Part shown: positions 9,838 through 18,120 of the stretch, one piece after another
Layout: the number at the start of each line of letters is the position of its first letter
How positions within the stretch are numbered: position 1 is the stretch's first letter
IMG/VR virus record: IMGVR_UViG_3300035698_016083
Coordinates: 3,248 to 67,247 of that record
Reading direction: 5' to 3' (one strand)
DNA from: a virus
DNA length: 64,000 bases
Position numbers and translations under genes: made by a program
Notes under the pieces: generated by a model
What the model was told of the DNA's origin: nothing
Database searches by the model: none
Seen by the model: only the letters and a program-made list of their open reading frames with translations

Positions 9838-10493
9838 TGACAGTAAAAGCATATGAAGCATCAGACAATGTTGTAGTATACGATTTTGAGACACTTTCAC
9901 AGGAAGCAACAAAGGGTGTTGTAGTATCCCTTGCTCTTCTTAATTTCAACGAGGATAGATTTCTTGCAAATCCTTACACATATGAAGGACTTTTGGCTAA
10001 GACCAAAATGATCAAATTTGATGTGAAAGATCAGGTTGATAACTATGGTCGTAAGGTTAATCGAGACACTCTAAATTGGTGGAAGAAGCAGTCACCAGAA
10101 GCAAGAAAACAGCTTATCCCATCAAAAGAACGTGACGTTCCTATTACTAAACTTTATGATTGGTTTGTTGTAAATACAATGAAATCAAACATTAAGAAAG
10201 TTTATACACGCGGTAATACGTTCGATCCGATTTTCATGACTTATCTCATGATTGATATTAATAAGCCTGAACCATATCCGTGGTGGACAATCCGTGATAC
10301 CCGCTCGATGATTGATGGTATGACTTATGGATCTGATATTAGTAACAAATTTATCCCAGATGGATTAAAAGAAAAATTCATCGCGCACGACCCGCGACAC
10401 GATATTGTTATGGACGTTATGAGACTCCAGGTATTGGCGCAGTCGATTGAAGGTTATGAACCATCAAATCTAGATGATGAAATCCCGTTCTAA
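9837..10493 (+). CDS. dexA: DEDDh 3'-5' exonuclease (DexA-like)
   Basis: YDFETL (ExoI), TLNWWKKQ, RGNTFD, RDTRS and HDPRHD motifs. The acidic C-terminal tail DDEIPF resembles an SSB tail. Confidence 0.75.
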   Translation: MTVKAYEASDNVVVYDFETLSQEATKGVVVSLALLNFNEDRFLANPYTYEGLLAKTKMIKFDVKDQVDNYGRKVNRDTLNWWKKQSPEARKQLIPSKERDVPITKLYDWFVVNTMKSNIKKVYTRGNTFDPIFMTYLMIDINKPEPYPWWTIRDTRSMIDGMTYGSDISNKFIPDGLKEKFIAHDPRHDIVMDVMRLQVLAQSIEGYEPSNLDDEIPF

Positions 10494-10813
10494 TGGAAGA
10501 TATTAAAAAACTAGAAGATAAATTAGATAAAGTCGAAACCACTCTTAAAGAAACTAGCGCATCGCATTTAGCCCTTGTGAAAAGATTTCAGGAGGTGGTT
10601 GACGTAATAGAAACTCGTCTCGAGGAGTATAATTCTTATGCTCGGCCAAAAGATGAAATTATTTCAGGAATGGCTAATGTAAGAAATCTTATATCAACAA
10701 CATTTTTTATTAACGGTAAGAATCACGATATTCTAAAATCATTAAAAATAAACGATAAACTCCAATTAGAGCCTCAAGGTAGATCTTTTAAAAAACGATC
10801 TAAAAGGTGGTAA
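10493..10813 (+). CDS. Hypothetical coiled-coil protein
   Basis: Coupled ORF within the operon. Confidence 0.65.
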   Translation: MEDIKKLEDKLDKVETTLKETSASHLALVKRFQEVVDVIETRLEEYNSYARPKDEIISGMANVRNLISTTFFINGKNHDILKSLKINDKLQLEPQGRSFKKRSKRW

Positions 10814-10814
10814 T

Positions 10815-11069
10815 ATGGGCGATCTTCTATATCTTTATACCCAAGATAATTGTAAGCACTGTGATCTTCTAAAGTCTAAATTAGAAGAATATGGCATGAT
10901 CTACATTTTATATAATATTTCCGAAGATGCTAATGCTAAAGAGTATCTTCGAAATATGGGTCATAAGACGGTGCCACAATTATATTTTAGAAATTATCAT
11001 CTTTCGGCTATCCCTACAGAGGATATCACAGAAGAATATTTGGAGATGAAAATTGGTGAAGCCATTTGA
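10815..11069 (+). CDS. Glutaredoxin (NrdH/NrdC-like)
   Basis: CKHC active site and TVPQL motif. Confidence 0.85.
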   Translation: MGDLLYLYTQDNCKHCDLLKSKLEEYGMIYILYNISEDANAKEYLRNMGHKTVPQLYFRNYHLSAIPTEDITEEYLEMKIGEAI

Positions 11070-11433
11070 TTACCTAAATTCGATTAATACTTCAAAGAAA
11101 GATATCATGATTGATGATCTTTCTGAAAAATCGTATAACGCATATCTCATTAATCGAGGTCTTTCTTATTTCATAGACACAATTCTCATAGCAAATGAGA
11201 TGAATGCGAACCCACATCTTGATAAAAAACTACAGTATCATTTTTTCATAAATACAATTAGAAAACGTAAAAGATTTTCTAAGTGGCATAAGGCTACTAA
11301 GCAGGTTGATTTAGAGATTGTTAAAGAATATTATGGCTATAGTAATGAAAAAGCTCGCCAAGCTTTAACTCTTTTGAGTAATGAACAGCTAATTGAATTG
11401 AGAAAAAAGGTAAATAAAGGTGGAAAACAATAA
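11053..11433 (+). CDS. gp62: Clamp loader small subunit gp62
   Basis: PFDYLNSIN...YLINRGLS...ANEMN...RKRKRFSKW...VKEYYGYSNEKA. Confidence 0.93.
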   Translation: MVKPFDYLNSINTSKKDIMIDDLSEKSYNAYLINRGLSYFIDTILIANEMNANPHLDKKLQYHFFINTIRKRKRFSKWHKATKQVDLEIVKEYYGYSNEKARQALTLLSNEQLIELRKKVNKGGKQ

Positions 11434-11839
11434 TAATAATGACCCTTACGAATGGGATCCAAGCAAAATGCTTGAGATCACATTACTTACACCAGATGAT
11501 TTTTTAAAGGTAAAAGAGACTCTTACGCGTATTGGGGTCGCGTCACGAAAAGATAAAAAATTATTTCAATCGTGTCATATACTTCACAAACAGGGCAGAT
11601 ATTTTATAGTTCATTTTAAAGAGCTATTTTTACTTGATGGTAAAAAATCTAATCTAGAAGTAAATGATATAGAACGAAGAAACACTATTGCTACTCTTAT
11701 GTCAGATTGGGGATTACTTGAAATAGTAGATCCTTCAATGACGAAAGATCTAGCCCCGTTAAGACAGATCAAGATTCTGGCTCACCGTGAAAAGGGAGAG
11801 TGGGAATTGTGTCCCAAATATAACATAGGAAGAAAATAA
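11420..11839 (+). CDS. regA: Translational repressor RegA
   Basis: PDDFLKVKETLTRIGVASRKDKKLFQSCHILHKQGRYFIVHFKELF. Confidence 0.97.
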   Translation: MENNNNNDPYEWDPSKMLEITLLTPDDFLKVKETLTRIGVASRKDKKLFQSCHILHKQGRYFIVHFKELFLLDGKKSNLEVNDIERRNTIATLMSDWGLLEIVDPSMTKDLAPLRQIKILAHREKGEWELCPKYNIGRK

Positions 11840-11840
11840 A

Positions 11841-12260
11841 ATGGCAAAAGAACCATTATCTATCCCTGCAGTAGAAGAAGACGGTAATATAAGTCACAGA
11901 AGTGTTGGAAAATGGATGAGTGATAATCTCATATCCATACTAATTGTTGCTACAAGTATTATTGGCGGAGCTGGGGCATTCTGGTTAAACGTTCAGAATC
12001 AAGGTAGAGATATTGAAGCACAATCGGTTTTAATTGAAACTATTACAAGTGCAAATAAAGATGCTCTCGATGAAATGAGAGAAGAACTCGATGAATTCGA
12101 AGAAGAAAATGAAGATTTCCAGGATGCTTCTAAAGAAAATATATTTGTACTCGACAGAGATCTTGCAATAGCTGAAACACAAATAGAAGTGCTTAAAGAG
12201 GGTTATACAGATCAAAAAGCGGTTAATACCCAAATTTTACAGATCTTGACTAATCAATAA
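11841..12260 (+). CDS. Single-TM membrane protein with acidic coiled coil
   Basis: Hydrophobic LISILIVATSIIGGAGAFWL followed by a heptad-rich region. Confidence 0.65.
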   Translation: MAKEPLSIPAVEEDGNISHRSVGKWMSDNLISILIVATSIIGGAGAFWLNVQNQGRDIEAQSVLIETITSANKDALDEMREELDEFEEENEDFQDASKENIFVLDRDLAIAETQIEVLKEGYTDQKAVNTQILQILTNQ

Positions 12261-12347
12261 GTGATAGCGGGTATACCGTATTTGCATACCTTAAATTTGG
12301 TCTCGCGCGATAAATAATTGCGTAATCAAATTAATAGGAATATTCCA

Positions 12348-12488
12348 ATGAAGTCTATCATTAACTTTTTCAAACACATGAACTATGCACACTCTGCAGA
12401 AATTCAACTTAACGCAATGTCCGACAGAGAACTCTGGGATATTGGAATTACTCGAGGCGATATTAAACGCGTTTCTCGAGGACAATAA
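12348..12488 (+). CDS. DUF1127 (YjiS-like) small protein, 46 aa
   Basis: Below the ORF-track cutoff: MKSIINFFKHMNYAHSAEIQLNAMSDRELWDIGITRGDIKRVSRGQ. Has the LxxMSDRELxDIGITRxDI signature, an AGGA RBS and a following terminator. Confidence 0.85.
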   Translation: MKSIINFFKHMNYAHSAEIQLNAMSDRELWDIGITRGDIKRVSRGQ

Positions 12489-12496
12489 AAACTATT

Positions 12497-12522
12497 AAGG
12501 CGCTCTTTTGAGCGCCTTTTTT
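12497..12522 (+). terminator. Rho-independent terminator, possibly bidirectional
   Basis: aaGGCGCTC-tttt-GAGCGCC-tttttt between convergent genes. Confidence 0.85.
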
Positions 12523-12528
12523 GTATCC

Positions 12529-12738
12529 TTAATCTTGAAGTTTTGTTTCTTCAACACCATCCCACAGATCACCGGGTTCTATATCCCACTTATCGCATAT
12601 CTCGTAAAATCCATCGGATTCGTTTGCAGGTTTACCCGCAAAATTAAACCAATCTTCCACCCCACGATTTAGACGCTCATCGTATTCCATTTCTTCTTGA
12701 TCCATTATATAGTTACTCATTCCCATTTTACATTCCAA
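12529..12738 (-). CDS. Small acidic hypothetical protein (start may be ATG 12727)
   Basis: ORF track; coupled to the upstream 119-aa gene. Confidence 0.6.
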   Translation of the reverse strand: MECKMGMSNYIMDQEEMEYDERLNRGVEDWFNFAGKPANESDGFYEICDKWDIEPGDLWDGVEETKLQD

Positions 12739-13087
12739 TCATTTCATTAAGTTGACGCTGAGCGGCTTTATAATGAAATTCAGCAGCTTTTGGTTCATGG
12801 CTTCTTTTACAAATATCACCTTTACAAAGAGATGTTAATGCTCGGCCTAAACCTTCCCAATGTTCTGTATCTGCTTTTAATTTAGCAGCATATTCTGGGG
12901 TTAATTTATATGCTTCTGCTTCAGCCTTCATTTTCTTTTCTTCGGCAAAAAAGGCATTAACGAAGAAGTCTCTTGGTTTTCCCTCTTTATGATCAAAACG
13001 ACAGGATAAACCCTTACGAGGTGTGCGAGCGGCTTTAATACCAGCGGCGAAAGCATCTTCGAGGGATTTTGCATATTTAGGTGTCAT
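12728..13087 (-). CDS. Hypothetical protein, probably early
   Basis: AAGGA RBS and an AT-rich upstream region with TATACT/TACTAT. Confidence 0.7.
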   Translation of the reverse strand: MTPKYAKSLEDAFAAGIKAARTPRKGLSCRFDHKEGKPRDFFVNAFFAEEKKMKAEAEAYKLTPEYAAKLKADTEHWEGLGRALTSLCKGDICKRSHEPKAAEFHYKAAQRQLNEMIGM

Positions 13088-13219
13088 TTTGTAATCCTTT
13101 GTTTGTCTCTTTGATAGTATATAAGTAAGGGTTAAATCTAGATTTTAAACCCCCTAATTCAAATTAAATCAAATTAATTCTAACCTACGTGCATTTAAGA
13201 TGCACAAAGGTTAAGACAC

Positions 13220-13246
13220 AAAAAAAGGGCGCTCAAAGAGCGCCCT
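13220..13246 (-). terminator. Rho-independent terminator after gp23
   Basis: Minus strand reads AGGGCGCTC-ttt-GAGCGCCC-TTTTTTT. Confidence 0.85.
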
Positions 13247-13290
13247 GAGTTATATTGGAGGGGTTGGTTCCCCTCCTCCTTTTTATTCTC

Positions 13291-14640
13291 TTATACGAGG
13301 ATGTTATCAACGCGGAAGATACGGTAGTACTGGTTTGTCTTAGCAGCTGCAAGACCGGATGCAGGAACGTTACCAACGAATGGGTTTGAAACCATACCGT
13401 AACGAGTTTTGAATCCGATTTTTGGCTGGAAGGTTTCTTCACCAACCGCACGAACCATAGTAAGCGGTACGTATGGGCAGTAGAATACACCAGCATCGTA
13501 AGGGTTGTTACCACGGTAACCAACAGTGATATAATCAACAGTTGCATAAGGATCGATGTAGACCTTAGTACGTCCGTTAATAACACCAGCGAATAGGTTG
13601 CCTGTGTCGTCGATATCTAGCTTAGTAGATAGTGCCGGAGCATAATCTAGCATACCAGATGCGTTCAGTGCTGTCGCTACGTGTGAGGAACAGATGATAA
13701 AGTTACCACGACCTCTACGAGTTTCTTTACCGATTGTTGCGGCTTCAAGATCAAGCTGAACGATTAGTCCCTTGAATTTTTCCACACTCCAACGACCGTC
13801 GGCATCAGTAGCTAGGTTAAAGATACCGTTGATAGCTGTGTTAGCTGTAAGAGCACCTGTTTTAGCCTGAGAGTTAATTGTACGAATCATTTCGCGGTTT
13901 TGCTCTGCTAGGATTTCAGTTGTAAGAATATTCGCAAGTTCTGTTTCAGCATCTAGACCGTGAATGGCTTTAAGATCCTGAGCAAGTTCCATTGAGTATT
14001 CTGCTTTTAGAGCACGTGACTTAGCAGTAACGCTTGCCTGCTCGATGGTGAATCCCATCTCACGGTAAGCAGAACCACCTGTAGAACCAAGTGCTTCAGC
14101 ATCTGCTGTTGGCATACCGCCACCGAAATCAGGACCAGTACGGTCATTATCGATTGAGCTGTCGCCGTTTGAGTCAGTTACACCTGATAGACCTGAAGGA
14201 TCCTGTACCTGTGTGGCACTGGAATCACCAGAGAATGGTGTAGTTGCTTCGTCGAAGAATGCTTCGTCGTTACCAGTTGCACCACCATCGTAGCGTGATT
14301 TCATCGCAAAGATAAGACCTGTAGGTCCAGTCATTGGCTGAAGTCCTGCAACGTCGTGCGCCAATAGATTTGGTGCGGAACGTCTTACGAGTGAGATTAG
14401 AACTGGGTCCCAGTTAGCAGCAGAAGTTGTGTTGTTTGCTGGTGCAGCTTCGTTTAGTGCCTGTGGAGCAAATCCCATTGCTTCGCGCTCTGAATTCATC
14501 GCGTTCTGCTGGTTCTCAAGAAGTACAGCTGTTACGGCTTTCTTCTGATAAGTTGGAATTACGCCGGCTGATTCTTCATTAAGAAGTGGTGTCCACTTTT
14601 TGATTAGATCATGGTAATTAGTAGTTGGTAGATTACTCAT
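13291..14640 (-). CDS. gp23: Major capsid protein gp23
   Basis: KAVTAVLLENQ, DPVLISLVRR, QPMTGPTGLIFAM, AKSRALKAEYSMELAQDLKAIHGLDAE and FQPKIGFKTRYG. Confidence 0.99.
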   Translation of the reverse strand: MSNLPTTNYHDLIKKWTPLLNEESAGVIPTYQKKAVTAVLLENQQNAMNSEREAMGFAPQALNEAAPANNTTSAANWDPVLISLVRRSAPNLLAHDVAGLQPMTGPTGLIFAMKSRYDGGATGNDEAFFDEATTPFSGDSSATQVQDPSGLSGVTDSNGDSSIDNDRTGPDFGGGMPTADAEALGSTGGSAYREMGFTIEQASVTAKSRALKAEYSMELAQDLKAIHGLDAETELANILTTEILAEQNREMIRTINSQAKTGALTANTAINGIFNLATDADGRWSVEKFKGLIVQLDLEAATIGKETRRGRGNFIICSSHVATALNASGMLDYAPALSTKLDIDDTGNLFAGVINGRTKVYIDPYATVDYITVGYRGNNPYDAGVFYCPYVPLTMVRAVGEETFQPKIGFKTRYGMVSNPFVGNVPASGLAAAKTNQYYRIFRVDNILV

Positions 14641-14652
14641 GTTATTCTCCTA

Positions 14653-15600
14653 TTATACTCTTGCGCTATTCTTTGTAGCGTCAATGAATGATTGCATTTG
14701 AGGTGAAACTTCTTCCATGTCGTCGCCATTTGCGTCGTCGGATTCAGTCTGCTCGGTTAGGCTTTGGGTTTTAGTTTTTGGTTCAGCGAAGAATGATTCT
14801 TTTAGAGTTTCCACTTTAGAAGTGAATTTTTCTTCAGATTCAAAATCAACCTTTTCAGACATTTCGCGAAGCTTTTCTCTCTGAGTGTCGGCTAGGTCTG
14901 AAGTCTGTTCTAGAAGAACTGCCTCACGTTTTAGTTCAACATTTTCAGAAACGAGATCCATTTCTTTTTCTGTCTGAGCGTCTGCTTTTTCTTCGAGTTC
15001 CGCAATTTGATCAACGAGTTCGTCCACTAGATCAACTTTTGATTCTGGAACTTCTACGTATGATTCAGTGAATAGATCTTTGAGACCTTTAAGGAAGTCC
15101 TCAGAAATTTCGTTGCGAAGACCAGATTGGATTTCAATTTTATTATCTTCCATCCACTGTTCTACAACAAAATTAAGATAGCTGTCAATTTTTTCAACCA
15201 TCTCTTCTTTAGCTTCATCTAGCTCTTCAGTAAAGCGCTCTTCGTTTGACTCTTCAATTTCTTCAATTTTTTCAGAGACTGCTGAGTTAACAGCTGCTTC
15301 GAAGATAGTAGAACTAACCTCTTTAAACTCTTCTGAAAGTGTTGCTTCGTTGTCCATCAAAGTTTCAAGCTTTGCCTGATAGTCATATGATTCCTTAGCA
15401 GGCATTGTTTTGCCGTCTAATTTATCAGCTGTCTTTTGAGGATTGCGTTTGTCCGCGCGACGCTTAGGTGCCTGCTTTTTAACGCCTTTTTCAGCTTTTT
15501 TCACAGAACTGATAGATTCTTCTTCAGTTGTTGTGTGTCCAGCATCCTGTTCAGAGATTTCATTCTCGTTATCCACGTCAGTCTTTTTATTCGGATCCAT
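14653..15600 (-). CDS. gp22: Prohead core scaffold protein gp22
   Basis: LSEEFKE...TIFEAAV...IDSYLNFVVEQWMEDN...FLKGLKDLFTESYVEVPE. Confidence 0.93.
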   Translation of the reverse strand: MDPNKKTDVDNENEISEQDAGHTTTEEESISSVKKAEKGVKKQAPKRRADKRNPQKTADKLDGKTMPAKESYDYQAKLETLMDNEATLSEEFKEVSSTIFEAAVNSAVSEKIEEIEESNEERFTEELDEAKEEMVEKIDSYLNFVVEQWMEDNKIEIQSGLRNEISEDFLKGLKDLFTESYVEVPESKVDLVDELVDQIAELEEKADAQTEKEMDLVSENVELKREAVLLEQTSDLADTQREKLREMSEKVDFESEEKFTSKVETLKESFFAEPKTKTQSLTEQTESDDANGDDMEEVSPQMQSFIDATKNSARV

Positions 15601-15611
15601 GTTAGATTCCT

Positions 15612-16283
15612 TTATTTTAATTTAAGTAACGAGAGGAAATTCTTAAATGCTCTGATTTGATTCTCAGCCAGGTCCATTCCTGACGCACTTTTAACTTCAG
15701 TCTCTATTTGATCAATCTCTTGAGACGAGAAAACACCACCGTCATAAATCCACTCTCTGCCTTCATATATTCCATTAACGAATGCTGCAGCAGCAGATGG
15801 ATCTTGTACGATGTCTACGGTGTTAAGCATGAAATCATTCTTAACGTACATAGTACCTTCTCTTTGTTCAAGACTACCCATACCACGAGTTGACACACCT
15901 AATTTAACACCATCTTCAAGGAGACCTTTTACAACGTCGCCCATAGGAGTACTAGTTATTCGTGCCTTACCCACCACATCATTACCTTCCCATACTAGGT
16001 CGGTGATGAGGTGAGAAACTTTTTCAAGGTTAATTGTAGGACCAGATGGGTGATTAAGTTCACCTACTGCGCGTCCAGTTTTAACCTGTTCTGTAACGTA
16101 TTTCTCCACTGCCGATTCCATCACTTGTTTTGGATAGATTCGACCGTTTCTATTCTTTGTTTCCGCCTGAGCAAAAACACCTTCAATAGTAAATCTTTTT
16201 ACAGGTTTGCCGGTTGCTTCGTTGATTGATTCTTCAACGCCAACTTCCAGTTTATTATCCATATATTCGCTAATTAGCTTCAT
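15612..16283 (-). CDS. gp21: Prohead protease gp21
   Basis: IEGVFAQAETKNRNGRIYP, GELNHP, VSH, LGVSTRGMGSL and DIVQDPSA. Confidence 0.96.
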   Translation of the reverse strand: MKLISEYMDNKLEVGVEESINEATGKPVKRFTIEGVFAQAETKNRNGRIYPKQVMESAVEKYVTEQVKTGRAVGELNHPSGPTINLEKVSHLITDLVWEGNDVVGKARITSTPMGDVVKGLLEDGVKLGVSTRGMGSLEQREGTMYVKNDFMLNTVDIVQDPSAAAAFVNGIYEGREWIYDGGVFSSQEIDQIETEVKSASGMDLAENQIRAFKNFLSLLKLK

Positions 16284-16486
16284 TTAGATTTTTCCATGAA
16301 CTGTATAAATTCTATTGCATTTTTCTTTGCATCGACTTCGTTCTTAAACTTACCGACGAAATCGGTCCCGACGAACATATTGACCGCGGAACCCTTATTT
16401 TGATAACGAACTTTATAGCCTTTTATTTTTTCAATCTTATCTTTTTTAGATTGAAAGGCCTCATTAAATTTCTTAAACGTCTTCAT
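16280..16486 (-). CDS. Small basic head protein with a T4 IP-like N-terminus (gp68 position)
   Basis: ATG 16486 gives MKTFKKFNE-AF; directly upstream of gp21. Confidence 0.65.
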   Translation of the reverse strand: MKTFKKFNEAFQSKKDKIEKIKGYKVRYQNKGSAVNMFVGTDFVGKFKNEVDAKKNAIEFIQFMEKSK

Positions 16487-16670
16487 TGTCTGATTCGTCT
16501 GTATTATCATCAGACTCTTCAGTTGTATCAAAAATCGAAGAAGCTACATTTATTTTTTCTTGATCTACTGACTCACCTGCGCGAGTACCTAAGATCTCAC
16601 CTACAACAGCTTCTGCTGCCGTAAATTCTTTATTCAAGATGTTATCTATTAAAGAGTTTACATCATTCAT
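16473..16670 (-). CDS. Small acidic prohead core protein (gp67-like)
   Basis: LIDNIL...A...EKINVASSIF plus an acidic tail; CATAAATA late promoter at 16694-16701. Confidence 0.6.
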   Translation of the reverse strand: MNDVNSLIDNILNKEFTAAEAVVGEILGTRAGESVDQEKINVASSIFDTTEESDDNTDESDNEDV

Positions 16671-16726
16671 TTTGTTATTCTCCTATTTGGTATTATTTAT
16701 GTGTTTTCAGTTTTTTAAAATTATTA

Positions 16727-17884
16727 TTATTTTAGTGCTAAGAAGTCAACTTTTGAGAAGTTTTCTGCTATTAGTAGATCTAGTTTGTCATTAATAACAT
16801 GCGACGTCACGGTTTCATTCACAAGATTGAGAGAACCATATAGTCCGGTCAACAGATCAGAATCTGTATCGGCATTAATTACCTTCCCGACTCCCCTTAT
16901 GACTATCGTTCCGTTTGTCACGGTGTCCATATCAATTTTTACCTGACCAGCATTCAGGTCGATGCTGATAGATTCTACGCCAGTTTTGTTTATTAGTTTT
17001 ACCCCGCCGTCATAATTTCTCATGGCGAGGCTCTGGCCAGAACCACCACAATCAATTACCGGTGTACCAGTTCCGGGTACACCACTTTCACATTCTAAGA
17101 ATTGTGCTAGTTCATTCCCACCTAGTGTGATGGTTCCGGGGTTCAGTATGCAATCCTCGACGATACCTGAAACATACTGTAGTTCTTCAATTATACAATG
17201 TTTTAAGAAGCTTTCGCCATCCAAAATCCCGGTTATGCTCGCTGATATGAAGCTGGAGTTATAAACATTAGCGGCACTTAAAATATTAAAATTCGAAAGG
17301 GATTGACCCTGTCCCTCAAAAATAAGATCGTTCAGGGGTGTGGTTGTTTTAAATACTATATCACCGTGAATATTAAATTTATTGAATCCTCTTACTTGAG
17401 CAATTGTAAGAGCGTCATCGAGATTATTCACTTTTTGTGTTTGGGTACCAATTGGATAAATTGCTCCACTATAAATGGAATCAGAATCTACGTGTACTCC
17501 CCCACCAAATGTTGAGAATTCTAAGAACGTGGGATTAATAAATCCTGTTGTGTTGTTGGTACCAACAGAGACCTGATTTTTCTTTTCAACAACCCTGAAA
17601 TTAGTGTTACCACCTATGATATCAACTGCATACGCACCGTCTTCAAATTGAGCAGCATAATACAGTTCATTTACGTCAGTAATACTCGGGGTCGAAGATG
17701 TAGCAGGAATACGAGAATAAATGATAGGGAATGGCGCACTTTCGGCTCCGTCTGCATACTCGCGTAGTAACTCCCAGAATTTGTCTACAGCTATTGTGTA
17801 TCTAACTCCGATGTCAAGGGTGAGATCGGATTTAGGTATTGTTATTAACCACGGGGTTTGAGAGTAATCAACGGTAATTGCCAT
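16727..17884 (-). CDS. Putative virion structural protein (beta-helix-like)
   Basis: MAIT start, G/T/I/N-rich; lies in the accessory insert between gp20 and gp21. Confidence 0.6.
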   Translation of the reverse strand: MAITVDYSQTPWLITIPKSDLTLDIGVRYTIAVDKFWELLREYADGAESAPFPIIYSRIPATSSTPSITDVNELYYAAQFEDGAYAVDIIGGNTNFRVVEKKNQVSVGTNNTTGFINPTFLEFSTFGGGVHVDSDSIYSGAIYPIGTQTQKVNNLDDALTIAQVRGFNKFNIHGDIVFKTTTPLNDLIFEGQGQSLSNFNILSAANVYNSSFISASITGILDGESFLKHCIIEELQYVSGIVEDCILNPGTITLGGNELAQFLECESGVPGTGTPVIDCGGSGQSLAMRNYDGGVKLINKTGVESISIDLNAGQVKIDMDTVTNGTIVIRGVGKVINADTDSDLLTGLYGSLNLVNETVTSHVINDKLDLLIAENFSKVDFLALK

Positions 17885-17885
17885 T

Positions 17886-18101
17886 TTAAGCGGTACTTCC
17901 TAACACCTGTCCATATTGTAATTGATTAATTCTTTTTGTTAAAGTCACTATATCATTTGCTTGCATTGCAACGGTTCTTTGCAGAGCCTTAATATCATTT
18001 TGTCTGTCATCGTCGTCTTTTCTCTGACGTTCGAATCCTGCAATAATACCCTGCATGTTTCTGCGCATTAATTCAAATTCTTCTGGGGTTGGTTCGCTCA
18101 T
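17886..18101 (-). CDS. Small coiled-coil hypothetical protein
   Basis: Tightly packed ORF in the operon. Confidence 0.6.
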   Translation of the reverse strand: MSEPTPEEFELMRRNMQGIIAGFERQRKDDDDRQNDIKALQRTVAMQANDIVTLTKRINQLQYGQVLGSTA

Positions 18102-18120
18102 TTATTTATCGCTTTCATAT

